Shown: one piece after another, positions 49,526 through 62,530 of the stretch | How the letters are laid out: every line of letters starts with the position of its first letter | Position numbering within the stretch: the first letter of the stretch is position 1 | Assembly: GCA_964188305.1 (NCBI GenBank) | Contig: OZ076886.1 | DNA from: Podarcis bocagei | Taxonomy: Eukaryota | DNA: 64,000 bases | Direction: 5' to 3' (one strand) | The notes under the pieces: generated by a model | Database searches by the model: none | Told to the model about the DNA's origin: nothing | Seen by the model: the letters and a program-made list of their open reading frames with translations, nothing else | Program-made: the position numbers and the translations under genes

Positions 49526-52327
49526 TCTTACAACAGTGAAAGATGTCAATGATTGCAGAAGGGTCACCCTTAGTGGACAGAAGCAATATTTGTAATCATA
49601 TCATGCCAAGTTCATCCCAAAATTGCTCAAGCAGCATTTCCCCACTCCCAGATGCCAGGTTAGGTAAGAAGCCACATTGCAGATTTATAAGAACAACAGA
49701 ACCTCATTACCACCCTCTGTCGCTGATGATAATTACTCCTAAAATTGGACATGTAGGAAATGGGTGTTAAAGACTGATATAGCTCTCTCTGTTTTACCTA
49801 ACCTGCCTCCAGTTCATTTTTAATCATTTTGATATTTCCCATTGTGTCTTCCTATAAATGTTCTTCATACATTCCCCAGTTTTAATAGGCATAAATCACT
49901 GAGCATATCGACCTCTGTGTTCTGGAAGGAATAGGAAATTATCTAGCCAAACTTCAAGCATCTAGAGGACAATCTTACACTCTAGTAGGCTAACAGTAAA
50001 TCAAATAAAATCATTCCGGCTGTGGAATACGTGCTGTTCTTAAAGTGAAAAGGTTTACTTTAAAGAACATTGAACAAATCATTGCTGGTTTTACTCTCTC
50101 TATTGGCACTGCTAGAATAGCTGCCTTACCTCTTTCTGTTCCTGGGAGTAGTAGATTTGTTTGTGTACTTTTCACACATCACAAAATAGGTGCAAGATAA
50201 GGGCTCACAGGGTTACAAGTAAAAGGACAGAAATTAGGCAACAGTATTTCCTGCTAAAGTTTCAGGTAGAACCATAAGTCACACTGACACTTCACGTGGC
50301 TGGTCTACCTTTCTTGAGCAGTTGATTTTGACAAGTTCTCCTCTTCTTCAAGATAAAGGGATTGCATAGGTTGTTGTTTGGGTTTATAACACGTGAGGCA
50401 ATATTATTAGCAAACGGAGAGCTATTTTCTCTGAGAAAAATATTGCAGTAATTTGCAGGAAGTTCCAAAACAGCTGTTGTCACTGAACACCATTATATCT
50501 ACAACAATTCTAATTATCTTTGGTAACTTTCAGTATTTGGCATCACTCCATTATTGTTCATTTTAACGGCTTTTTAAGTGCACTAGGACATTTGCCCACG
50601 AAGTGCTTGCAACCCCACCTTTGACCTTGGCACTCAGCTTTGTGACATTACAAATTCTGCAGTAGTTAATGTGCAAGGTCTTTTAAAAAACTGTATTAGA
50701 AGCAACCTATGAATTACTAATAAAACAATTCACAGATTCGGCTTTGCCTGAACATGTTTTTGTGAATATCAAAATCACAGAACCATTGTGCACTTCTGCA
50801 CTGTACTAGGAAATGTGTGCAGATATACTGATGCATGTTAATATTCAATGGATCAGGGTGTGTGTGTTTAAAATAATACTGAGGCAAGACAAAAACAACA
50901 CACAGCCCCAGGGATGTAAGAAGGCAATGATTTCCCTTCTGTCTTGAGTTTGTCACAATCAGCCATGTTTCCGTTCTGTCACAGTTCAGTTTCCATCGAA
51001 TACTAAGCTATTTGTTTCACAGTCTAACACTAAATAAATTTATTTATTGTTATGTATTGATTTCATAAAATTTATACACCACTTGATTGTAAAAAAACAC
51101 CCTCAAAGCAGTTTACAAAAAGGATAAAACAATATATTATCAATAAGAAGAATTAACCGTTCAAGTTACAAAATTTGCATTCTTTTCAATTTACAGGAAA
51201 CATCAAAGCAATGTGAAAACCATGTCATTAATTATGTATCATTTGCATGCTTAGGCACAACAACAGTGTGAACAAATACTGATCATATTCATTAACTGAT
51301 TTTCATCCCTGGTCAAAGACGAACACATCAACTGCAGCAATTTCCACTTCTGTTTTTGTCAGAATTCTCTGATATCTCTATGAAGCCCTAATGTAACAGG
51401 ACTGGGGGTCTTCTAGAATCAGTTGCAAAATAAGGAATAGTTTTCATTACACACCAGAAATCAGTATCCTTTTGGGAAATTTGGTCTGGCTTCCTTATAT
51501 TGTGTTGCTTTCCTTTGTGTGTGTGTGTGGGGGGGGGGCATTGTGGGAATGACCAGATGAGAAGGAGAGGGAGTTTGCAAAACAGAGAAGAGAGAGGATT
51601 GTCTGTTTGGTCATAATGAATCGGATACTCCTTTTAAAAAAAAGATAGAGTAGTCCTGTTTAAATTTGAAGAAAAAAGAAAAGAAAATGATAAGCCAATA
51701 CCAATTATTCTCAATATCTTTAGACGTTATGGGCTTGCAAATTAGGTATTATGGCACTACAGCTCTAAAAAATGGAAAATAAATTGAATCACAGTGTCAT
51801 CTCAGAAAATCTGGTGCTTCAAGGACACCTCATACTTCTAAACAGTGCTGTAAAACTGAGAATGAACTGGCTCGTCAAATCAGCCATGGATCAGGTTAAA
51901 GGTTTGGGAACAGAACTAACCAACAGAGGTTGAAAATTGTAGACTGAAAGCCTATTGTCCACGCCACCATCAGAATATTGGAAAAGAATTCTGTGCTGCT
52001 GCAGCAGCACAAATAAGAAACTAGAGTAAAATATATACATAGGTAGCAGCTGATGCCTTTTTTGCCCCCTCCGTTTTATACCAGATCTGCAAAATATGTG
52101 ATGGACTGTGCTAAACAAAGCCCATCAACAATACATTGTGGCCTGCCAAGTGCTTGACACCCCCCCCCCCCCCAATTTTGCAGTCTTGGGCAGTCAGCAA
52201 AGCCAAAAGGTCCACTGAGTCTAGTGGTGGTCTGTCTTGGCTTAGATGCCTCAGATGCAGGTTTGGAATGACAGACATTGACCAAAGCAACAAAGAGTGC
52301 TGTGGCACTTTAAAGGTGAACTAAGCT

Positions 52328-52687
52328 ACGTGGGTGGCGCTGTGGGTAAAAGCCTCAGCGCCTAGGGCTTGCCGATCGAAAGGTCGCGGTTCGAATCCCT
52401 GCGGCAGGGTGCGCTCCCGTTGCTCGGTCCCAGCGCCTGCCAACCTAGCAGTTCGAAAGCACCCCCGGGTGCAAGTAGATAAATAGGGACCGCTTACTGG
52501 CAGGAAGGTAAACGGCGTTTCCGTGTGCTGCGCTGGCTCGCCAGATGCAGCTTTGTCACGCTGGCCACGTGACCCAGAAGTGTCTCCGGACAGCGCTGGC
52601 CCTTGGCCTCTTGAGTGAGATGGGCTCACAACCCGAGAGTCTGTCAAGACTGGCCCGTACGGGCAGGGGTACCTTTACCTTTACCTT
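52328..52687 (+). mobile_element. Sauria SINE (Squam1-type)
   Basis: GTGGGTGGCGCTGTGG...GGTTCGAATCCC; (ACCTTT)3 tail; TAAGCT direct repeat on both flanks. Confidence 0.9.
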
Positions 52688-53533
52688 TAAGCTTCCATGG
52701 ATCAGAGTCCACTTCATCCATTCAAATGTTTGGCATCTGCCCCACAAACCTCCTGCTACTCCAGATTTCTCTTTGCTTACAGTTAGCCAGCACTCCCCAC
52801 TCCTTCCCATGCCATGCAACTCTGCATTTCACAAAGTTCTGTGGGAGGAAGAAAATGAGCTGCACAAGAGTTTGCCAGAACAACACAAAATGTTTGCTAG
52901 TGCGGCTACAATTCTAACAAACAGCCTGATTGACTTACCAGGGGGTGGGGTGGGGGAATCTTAGCAGTTTCCATATGACATTTTCTCTCCTATCTTGTAA
53001 TTCTATAACCATGTTACAATAACTACTGAACTAGCGTGGAAGCTGTCCCATGTGTCCCTTTACAGAGTACTAAAAAAAGCCCAACCAGAACACTTTTCCC
53101 ATAATTAATTTCCCAATGAAATATGTCCCTCGGCCCATATTTAAAGCAGAGTTACACTGGATAGCTTCCAGTCCTCAGGAATTTTTTCAAAAGTGAAACA
53201 AAACCCTTTACTGTGCTAGCACTGTTGCTTCAGTTGTGCCATTTTGGAATGTGTGTGCGCTTCATCGCTAAGGTTCTTCCAGCCATCACTGAACCCAAGA
53301 TTACTTCAAATTTCTACCCTCATCGCAAGGGAGACCTGCAGCCAGAACTCAAGTACAGAGTGTTTGCTCTTTAGAATTCCAGACACTTAAGCGGAAGCCG
53401 CGTCAGAAAAACGTTCACAAACCGGAACACTTGCTTCTGGGTTTGCGGCATTTGGGACCTGATTTGTTCGGCAACAAAGCCATTCGATAACCAAGGTTAA
53501 ACTGTATACATATTGGTAGTTGGAGAACTGATA

Positions 53534-53771
53534 CAGTCGTACCTTGGTTCTTGAACGGATTAGTTGCCAAACAAATCAGTTCCTGAATGCCAAAAACCTG
53601 GAAGTGTTCCGGTTTGCAAACATTTTTCGGAAGCTGAACCTCCGACGCGGCTTCCGCTTGAGTTCAGGAAGCTGCTGCAGCCAATCAGAATCCGTGCCTT
53701 GGTTTTCGAACGGTTTCGTGAGTCGAACGGACTCTCGGAATGGATTAAGTTTGATAACCAAGATATGACTG
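53534..53771. mobile_element. Tigger/pogo-type MITE, second family; a partial relative lies at about 53360-53504
   Basis: TA|CAGTCGTACCTTGGTT...AACCAAGATATGACTG|TA. Confidence 0.8.
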
Positions 53772-54799
53772 TATTTCTAATAGTCAATATAGGGAGTTGG
53801 ATGCAACAAAGTGTTGTGATATGTGTGTTGGGGGGGGATAACCTTCTAAGGTCTCCCGCCTTAGTCTTCGTCAGGACGCTGCTCAGAGCAAGTGAATGGG
53901 TTGGCACCAGCTGACAAACAACTGTGTGAAAACAGAGCAAATGAACAGCCAGAGACCTTTACTTTGACATGTCTTTTCCTCCACCCTCCTTTTCTAGCTG
54001 TTAGTTCTCATTGGGCTATCGTGGCAGCTGGCACTCAGAGAACTGATGGTAATTAGAATATAGAATGAAGATAAATGGTGTTTCTATTCAGGCCTCGTTC
54101 CAAGGAGTCCTCCTTTTACCCTCACAAGCTACTGAGGTACATTATGCCAAGGAATAGCAGTTGGCCCAGGGTCATCCTGTCAAGCTTTGAGACTGTGTAT
54201 GGATTCGAATGCAAGTCTTTCCTGGTTCCCGCTCTTCTTTCAAGGCTCACACAACAAGCCTTCTGAGTTAGATTAGCCGGAGAGATAGTGTTTGGCCCAA
54301 GGTCACCAAGGAAGCCTTGAGGCTGTGCAGGAAATACAATGTGACCCAAATGCTACAGCAAGCTGGCTCTCTCAGCAAGTGGCAGGTTATTGTCAGTAAT
54401 TTGATGCAATTCTGGGAAAGCTAAGCTATGTTTTCCACTCAGGACATGTTTGCACTAACCTGGTTCTGCAAAATAATGGTGCTTTGGATCTAGTCTTGTG
54501 GTAATTTTTGTGAGAATGGCTTTCCCTGTGCTGTTCTTGTCGAAGCAAGAGGACATCACCAACTTTCTCAGGAAGGAGAAAAGAGGTACTGGTTACTGGT
54601 AAGATGTTAGGTATACGTATTGACTATCAGATGCATTTCAGTAGGAAAATAGGGAAACTGAGAGGGACAAATCATGGTACTCTTTCATGAAACGTGAGAC
54701 AAGATTTCCTGAGGGGAAATTGCTTAACCCCAGCATTGCAACCCTCTTAAATATACTTCTGGAGGAACTAAAGGAGTACATAGTGACAAGCTACACCTG

Positions 54800-55420
54800 C
54801 AATTTATTTATAAAAAATATCAGCCACAATATCAAAGCGTTTTACAACAAAAATACATAGAGTAAAAACCACACACACACACACATATATAACAGACATC
54901 AACTAACCATTGCGGGAAGATGTATTCTTAATTACCTGCATAGGGCTAGTGTAATTTTCAGTGAGCATTGAAAAGTTGGCATAGAAGGCCCCTGCTGAAT
55001 CTCTGTTGGCAGAATATTCCAGAGAACTGGGCCAATGACACTTAAAGCTTGGCTTCTTGTTTACATCAAATGAGCCTCACCAATTTGGGCAACGGCCAAT
55101 GATGCTCCTGTAGATGATCTCAATAATCAAGTTGGTATATTAGGGTTCAAGTGATCCCTGAGCTATCCTGGACCTAAATTGTTCAGGACTTTGTAAATCA
55201 GTACAAGGACCTTGAACTTGGATGGGCAGCCAATGCAGCTTTTAAAAACAATGGTAATCTGGCAGCTGCCTTCTGCACCATCTGAAGCTTTCAAACCAGA
55301 CCCAAGGGCAGCCCCACATGACAGTAATCCAGCCTCAATGTTAGCAATACATAGATTACAGTAGTCAGGCTTTTCCTGTTCAGGAATGTGGGACTTGTAA
55401 CATTTCCTTCTGTTAATGGC
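54800..55420 (-). mobile_element. Degenerate L2 3' fragment
   Basis: Minus strand encodes FKVLVLIYKVLNNLGPG and a DYCNL motif. Confidence 0.7.
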
Positions 55421-55693
55421 TAGCTTGAGCTGGCATATGCCTTGAAAAGCAGGACAAAAAAAATGGTTACAAATAAATAAATGGGCTACCTCACACTCCT
55501 CCACAATAGTCTGCATTATGTGAGAACTATCTAGACCAGAGTTCTTCAGACTTGGGTCCCCAGATGTTGTTGGAATATGAATCCCATAATCCCCAGCCAG
55601 TTTAGCTGGTGGTCAAGGAAGATGAGAGTTATAATCCAGCAACAGCTGGAGAGCCAAGGTTGAAGAACACAGTTTAGGCCAAACCACTGTCTA

Positions 55694-56248
55694 GCAGTCA
55701 CGAAATTAAAAGACGCCTGCTCCTTGGGAGAAAGGCGATGGCAAACCTAGACAGCATCTTAAAAAGCAGAGACATCACCTTGCCAACAAAGGTCCATATA
55801 GTTAAAGCCATGGTTTTCCCCGTAGTGATGTATGGAAGTGAGAGCTGGACCATAAAGAAGGCTGATCGCTGAAGAATTGATGCTTTTGAACTATGGTGCT
55901 GGAGGAGACTCTTGAGAGTCCCATGGACTGCAAGAAGATCAAACGTATCCATTCTTAAGGATCAGCCCTGAGTGCTCACTGGAAGGACAGATCGTGAAGC
56001 TGAGGCTCCAATACTTTGGCCACCTCATGAGAAGAGAAGACTCCCTGGAAAAGACCCTGATGTTGGGAAAGATGGAGGGCACAAGGAGAGGGGGATAACA
56101 GAGGACAAGATGGTTGGACAGTGTTCTCGAAGCTACAAACATGAGTCTGACCAAACTGCGGGAGGCAGTGGAAGACAGGAGTGCCTGGCGTGCTCTGGTC
56201 CATGGGGTCACGAAGAGTAGGACACGACTAAACGACTAAACAACAACA
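55694..56248 (+). mobile_element. 5'-truncated RTE-BovB
   Basis: Closely matches 47451-47953 but keeps the complete 3' end and (CAA)n tail; 8-bp TSD ACTGTCTA (55686-55693, 56249-56256). Confidence 0.93.
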
Positions 56249-59200
56249 ACTGTCTATCTGCACTCTCAGCATGAATTTCTTTGGCATGCTTGAAATTAAT
56301 GCCAAATATTGCTGCAGTGGTCATCATATGTATATATAAAACTTTGAGGATACCATAGTAGAAAATAAGAGTAATTACAATGGGATGCAATGGAGTATTG
56401 TGAAATGAACATTTTTCTGCAGGTGAATGAGTTTAGGAACTTGGCCACTGTGTTCATCAACTGAGGGACTTTTCCTTTCTTTGCAATTAAAATTTTACAC
56501 AGAAGTCCTAGAGGGGAAATTAGAAACTTGTCAGTTCATGGCCTAGAGAGATACTTTTCTGGAATATTCAGCTCCAGTGTGCTTCCAATGCTGGTATTTG
56601 AAGCTGAGTACGTGTGACGTTAGCCACAATTCATATATATGCTGTCATTTCTTGAGAAAACTGCTGTTTTGTGCATCTCGCCTCAAATCAGCTTTCATCC
56701 AATTTGAAAATGAAAGTCGCAGTTAAGCTGAGGTGTGTACAGGCCTGTGCAGAGCTTGTCTGAAGCTCGGGGCAGGAATCTTGTCCATGAGACGCATCAC
56801 TGTGGCGCCACTGCTTAATCTGATCTGATACTACATGCTAGTACGCAGTAACACAGGTCCAAATTTTACTGTTGAAGCCTTCCAGTGAATATGGATAGGC
56901 ATGGCCATTTTGCCCATTGAGTCTGCGGTCGGCTGGGAGGCATGGGGCATTCTTGGCGTGACAGTGTAAGTCCAGCAGGCCCCTAGTGCCCTCCCGTCCC
57001 ACACTAGCTGGCTTAGCCCTCCAAGGCTTGGGCATAATCCTGCAATATCTCAAGTTCATGACAGGTTTTTTTTGTTCACATGTTGTGTGAAGGGAGTGTG
57101 CAGAGTATATCTAAGACGATGTATATCAATGACATTATTTTTAAGTGCAAAGTGAACTTTAGGTTTTCCCTTTATATTTTTCAACTTGCAAGGGTAGTTT
57201 ACATGTGAGAACAATACTGATGCTACCAAAAAGAAACAAGAGCAAAATCTAATTCAGTGAATATATATAAGCATATAATATTTGAAAACCAATGCAAAAT
57301 TATGTTTTTATTATTATGCTCCATAAAATGTGTTCATAATGTTGTGCACAGCCCCGGGATCTTTTGATAAAGGGCAGTATATGAATTGAATAACTAACTA
57401 ACTAAATAATCATTAGTAGCATGAGAAAACTCTTAAGATAACAAGCACAGAATAAACAACTTTGTTCAGTCAGGAAACAGTGGCTGCAAGGCTGGAAAGG
57501 TAGGTAAAATAAGAGCTTCATGCTGTAGCAACAGAACTAGGTGTGGAGCAACCACAGACTATTCCAGCATAAGCTACGTGGTCAACAGTATTTAGCATCA
57601 CTTATCCTTGATTTAACAAGTAGGAAAACTTCCCCATGTTCTTCCATTCTGTCATTGTAAATGCATCATCTCTACCTTCTGTGATACCCAAAGAAAGTGC
57701 AATCTCTATGATTCCAGATCAATATATATTCTCTTTGTTTACTTTCCTTTTTGCAAGACTCTTTTGGAAGGAAAGCACGAAAACACCAGTCCAGTTCAGA
57801 ATGGTTAGAAACCCATTTAATAAAGATGCAGAAGAGTTTACTGAAGTCCTATTTCATTTCTTAATGGGAGATTTTTATTTAATGTATCCTAGAACCAACA
57901 TCAGCAAGTAGGGGATTTGTTCAGCATTGATTCAGTCCATTGAAATATACATTTTCAAAAGACTTTTCAATTTGTGAAAGGCAGTTTCCATAAATAGAAT
58001 GAACAGGTGATTTTAGAATAGTGGTGACTGGTGCCTCCAAAGTTTATAGTCCTGAGGGTGGATTTTTCAAAATTACTATCACCATGATCATAAATAAGAG
58101 ATCCTGAAGAGAGAGAAATAACCTATTAGCTATTATGGGTTGTACTCTGAGTGGACCCATGAAATTAATGAACTTAAGTTAGTCATGTCCATTAACATCC
58201 ATGGGCCAACTCAGAGTAGGACTAGCATTGAATGCAATCTCACGACTGCATGTATGACTGAGTTATGGATGAGGACAAGGAACAACTTAAGGATATTAGA
58301 GTTTATTTAAGGCAGTAGTTGATTAAAAGTAGAGAAATGCTTCTCAACTTGCAAAATAACTGTTATTGTTCAGCTCAAATGTTTCTGATGCAACACGTTC
58401 TTAGGCTGCAATCCTACATACTTACCTGGAACGTAGCTCCATTGAAAGCAGTGAGATGTCTAAGGATTTAGCATTAACAGATGCTAAAAGGCAGCTAGAG
58501 ACTTGGTTAAAATATGCATCTGTTGGTTTGTAGAAAATTCCTGATTCTTTGAAGGAGGAAATGAAGGCTGTGATGAAAATGTCAACTAGCTCAGCTACGG
58601 TGATGACTGTGATATTTATGTTGCTTTGAAACCTCCTACAGCATCTTTCTTTAGTTCAGTTTGATGCTGATGAATATGTTAACTTCAAGGGGACCTGTGT
58701 CCTTATTTACATATACCATTAACATTTCTTTCTTTATTGTCTATTAATACCTTTTTATACCACCTCTGACCTCCTTCTCCAGGTACAAAGGTTAAAGATG
58801 TAATACATCAATAGAAACACAAGTGCAATATTAAACATTTGAAGCACATTTAGCAGTATGGACATTGACAAGCATTTACTTAAAATTTCACCAGTATGTG
58901 TGAATCCCGGAAGCTTGACTCACTTGTACTTCCTCTCTTTCTGTATACGCGTGACGTATAAAATCTCTTATAGTAGTTCCCTTATTCAGAGACCGTATGC
59001 AAGGTCACAGATGTTGTCATCTGAAACTGCTTCCTCTGATATTGACTGAGCTTGACTAACTTGTATAAACTGAGCGGAAAAATCAACGTAGGAACTTAAC
59101 TTTCTCAAGATTCCCCACCCACCCCCGGAATAAAGTTATTACCCAAGCCCTACTAAACCCTTTATTTCCTCTTTACAGAGTGTGCTGTATCTAGTGACTA

Positions 59201-60041
59201 AGAACAACACGGTTGTACCATCGGTGGCTGAATGGGGTCAGTGGTCACATCCATACTTGGCATGCAACTTTAAATTCTTGGACCCCGTTCCTTGCATCCT
59301 GATGCTAAGAATTCTATTTATTGCTGTTTTCACAATAGCCTTTGGAGACTGCCTGCTCTGAGAACACAATAGTGTACCCCCACAAAAGTTGCCAAGATTG
59401 CAGAACTGGACTTCCTCTCTTGGCACCAAGGTGAGCCTGAGCAAAGGTCCTTTGCCAAGCAGGCTGCAGCAAGCAGTTGTAGGCCACCCTCATTTCTTAG
59501 TGAGGGATAAGGGGATTTATCTTCCTTGACTGAAAAAGCATGACTTGGGGTGGGGGGGACAGGAACTCAGGTATTTTATTTGCTGCGCCAAGAAATAATG
59601 CAATAGTCATTTCTTAAGTTTGATTACAGTTAGGATGACTTAGTAAATGAATTTACTTAGAGTATAATGAAGGCGGTGCCTGGCAGAAGAAAAATATTCC
59701 AGCCTACCCATAAATATTTGGTAGCATCTTTATGTCCATGTTGATTTAGACATAAAGGGATTAAAAGAAACTGAAGTGCTGATATCACAGGAACCTGGAG
59801 AAACAATTCTAGGAATTGTAAGGGAGGAAGGGAGAAGTGGGATGAGCTCACTGTTACTCCCGTGTAAGCTATTATTCTCCACTTGTTCCTCTTGACTTAT
59901 TGTTTGTGGGTATTTTTAGACTGCAAGCCTATAGGCAAAGTTTGTTGATTCTAAGTCCGCCTTGTACAGTGCCTGAACTGCTAAGATGCTTAACAAATGG
60001 TTGTATATCTATCTCTGTAGCTAATGTATATCACCATATAG

Positions 60042-60043
<2 letters not shown>

Positions 60044-60117
<74 letters not shown>
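60044..60117. repeat. (GT)n microsatellite
   Basis: Dinucleotide run with one interruption. Confidence 0.95.
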
Positions 60118-60118
<1 letters not shown>

Positions 60119-60329
60119 ACTTCATGGTGGTGTGACATTTTATTTTATGCTGTTTTATTATGTCTTGTGTGCTTTTTATTCCTTTTTTCTTTTACGCTGC
60201 TTTGGGATTTTAAAATACGAAAGCATTTTAAATGAAATGAAATGATAATTTAATATGCTGCCTACTATCCAGAGTTCTCTTGGCAGCTTCCAAGAAAACA
60301 TTACAATGTGAAAAACCTGGCAACAATGA

Positions 60330-60717
60330 TTTATTATTTGTACCCTGCCCATCTGATTGGGTTGCCCCAGCCACTCTGGGAGGCTTCCAACAGAATATAA
60401 AAGAACACATGATACATCAGACATTAAAAGCTTCCCAATAAAGGGCGGTTTATGCAAAAAGTCATATCATTGCTTATCTCTTCGGCATCTGATGGGAGTA
60501 GGGTTACCATGGTTCAAAAAGTAAAAACCAGGACACCCCGAAAGTTTTTATAAAAACACCAATAAACTCCGGGATTTTTCTTTGGACTTGCCTAAGATCC
60601 AGGACAAAGTGCCACCTTTTGGAATTCCCCTCCAGACCTCAGTTCTGCCTTTGGAATCACGTGAATTTCCAGGAAAATCTGGACCCACGGCAGCCCCAGA
60701 TGGGAGGGCATTCCACA
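60330..60717 (-). mobile_element. L2 3' end, interrupted by a hAT MITE
   Basis: Reverse-complement similarity to the L2 3' end at 46300-46490 (GCCCATCTG...CCCCAGCCACTCTGGG; GGGAGGGCATTCCACA). Confidence 0.8.
60499..60698. mobile_element. hAT (Blackjack-like) MITE
   Basis: Ends TAGGGTTACC / GGCAGCCCCA; 8-bp TSD GATGGGAG (60491-60498, 60699-60706). Confidence 0.8.
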
Positions 60718-61120
60718 AACCTCCTTTAAGGCCATCCAAGTTGGCGGTCATCACAGCCTCCTTGGGGACCAAGTTCCATAGTTTGACAACGGAAGAAGTA
60801 CTTCCTTTTATCTGTCCTAAACTTCCTACATTTCAGCTTCATTCTTCATGCGGAAGTCGCTCCAATCCCTTGATCATTTTGGCAGCCCTTTTCTGAACCT
60901 TTTCCAACTCGACAACATCCTTTCCGAGGTGAGGCAACCAGAACAGTACACAGTACTCCAGATATGGTCACACCATAGATTTGTATAACGGCATTATGAT
61001 ATTGGCAGTTTTATTTTCAGTTCCTTTCCTATTGATCCCTAGCATGGAATTTGCCTTTTTATAGACCGCTGCCACACTGGGTCAACATCTTCATTGAGCT
61101 ATCTACTATGGTCCCCAAGG
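60718..61120 (-). mobile_element. CR1 LINE 3' ORF2 fragment
   Basis: Minus strand resembles the CR1 C-terminus (LYKSMV.PYLEYCVLFWLPH...LEKVQKRAAKMIKGLE). Confidence 0.8.
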
Positions 61121-62139
61121 TCTCACCCCTTGAAGTAACCAATGCATGAATTACTGTGTCCAAGCTTTCCTGGCCCAGGAACTGTCAAAGCTGCAGCTGG
61201 TCAGGCTGTACTTACTTTCCTAGGGGAAAGCCCTATCTACATGGGGCTGACTTCTGAGTAAACATGCCTAGGATGGAACTTAAGCTAGGACACTGAAAAC
61301 CCAAGTCCAACAGGTCCTTTTTGCATACTAGCCTCAGCGAAGGGATTGGCAAACATGCAAAGCTTTCAACATCCATTACACGAACAATAATTTTCGTGTA
61401 GTGTAATTTTATTGTTTATGAAAAATAAAATTGGTGCCTGCTTAATCATATCTCTACAGAGCTGCTGCTTGTTTTGTCTGTGCAATCACACATTTTTGCA
61501 ATGTTGACCCTGGCTCTGGGAGCTTCATTTTAGACTGCACAATGTGCCAATACAGTGTGCAATGTTGGCACGATTTTGATGAAAACTCTTGGAGATACGC
61601 TGCATTTTGCAACTCTGGTGCAGATTTATTTTTCTGGTTTGTGCATCTTGAATAGAAATCGTTCCGGGCTTTTTTTGAGATTACATTTTGCTTGGAGTAT
61701 CACAATTACAAGGGAGAAAAGAGCTTTGTTAAATACGAAAATGTTTAGTAAAATCCAAATTTCTGCAAAATCTCAAAAAAGCCTTTCTTTGTCTTCCTTA
61801 ATATTAAGTATGGAATTTGATATTCAATATTCCTGCCTCAGGTCAAGTCCCCATTCCTTGCAACACTTAGGTAGACTTCTCTGTTTTATGAAATGGCCAC
61901 ATCAAGCCATTTCATCACCTGCCCTCCACTTCACTGGCTGCTGAATGTTTAGGGAAACCTACTTGAGTGCCATTGAATGGAAAAGCATGCAGAAACAGCA
62001 TAGGTAAGACTTCCTAAACCTTTGACAAGGGATAAACAAAGGAAATGTGCATAGGAACCAACTCCCCCAAAGTTGATGTGCATTACCATTCAAATGGCAT
62101 GCACACACTGAGTCTAGTGATCAGTTATGTGGGGCACCC

Positions 62140-62530
62140 CCTGGAAATGTGGCTGTTGATTCTCTTGGACTTCTTAGGCGTTCTTGCTACACTTGGCCAT
62201 GGTATTCTTCTGGATAGCTTTGTAGGATGGGGTCTGGGGCATGGTTTTTCAGTACTTCATTCCTGTCTCTTAGGCACTTTTCAGAAAGGAGTCCTGAGTG
62301 GTCACTTAAAGGGTCTCACAGTAATCTATTCTGCCCTCCAGTGCTTTTCAGTGCCTATATGAACCCACTTGGGGTGGTTGCCCAAGTTTTGGAATGGGTT
62401 ATGATCAATATTCTGGTGATAACCCATCTGAACCAAGCATTAGTTTTGATGTTCAGTGGTGCTCTGACATAATGGAAGGGATTAAGGTGAATAAATTGAA
62501 GCTCAAGCTAGAAAAGCTCATGGTGGGTAA
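62140..62530 (+). mobile_element. Degenerate L2-clade RT fragment
   Basis: LLILLDFLGVLATLGHGILLD resembles LLILLDLSAAFDTIDHGILL; IKVNKLKLKLEK resembles MRANKLKLNPDK. Confidence 0.65.

Noticed and set aside
54516-54598. MAFPVLFLSKQEDITNFLRKEKR resembles a Gla-protein propeptide and ends at a GTAAGA donor
   Set aside because: No Gla domain follows; the short similarity is likely chance.
57760-59240. Exon-like plus-strand segments near 57760, 58535 and 59178
   Set aside because: They could not be joined into a recognisable protein.
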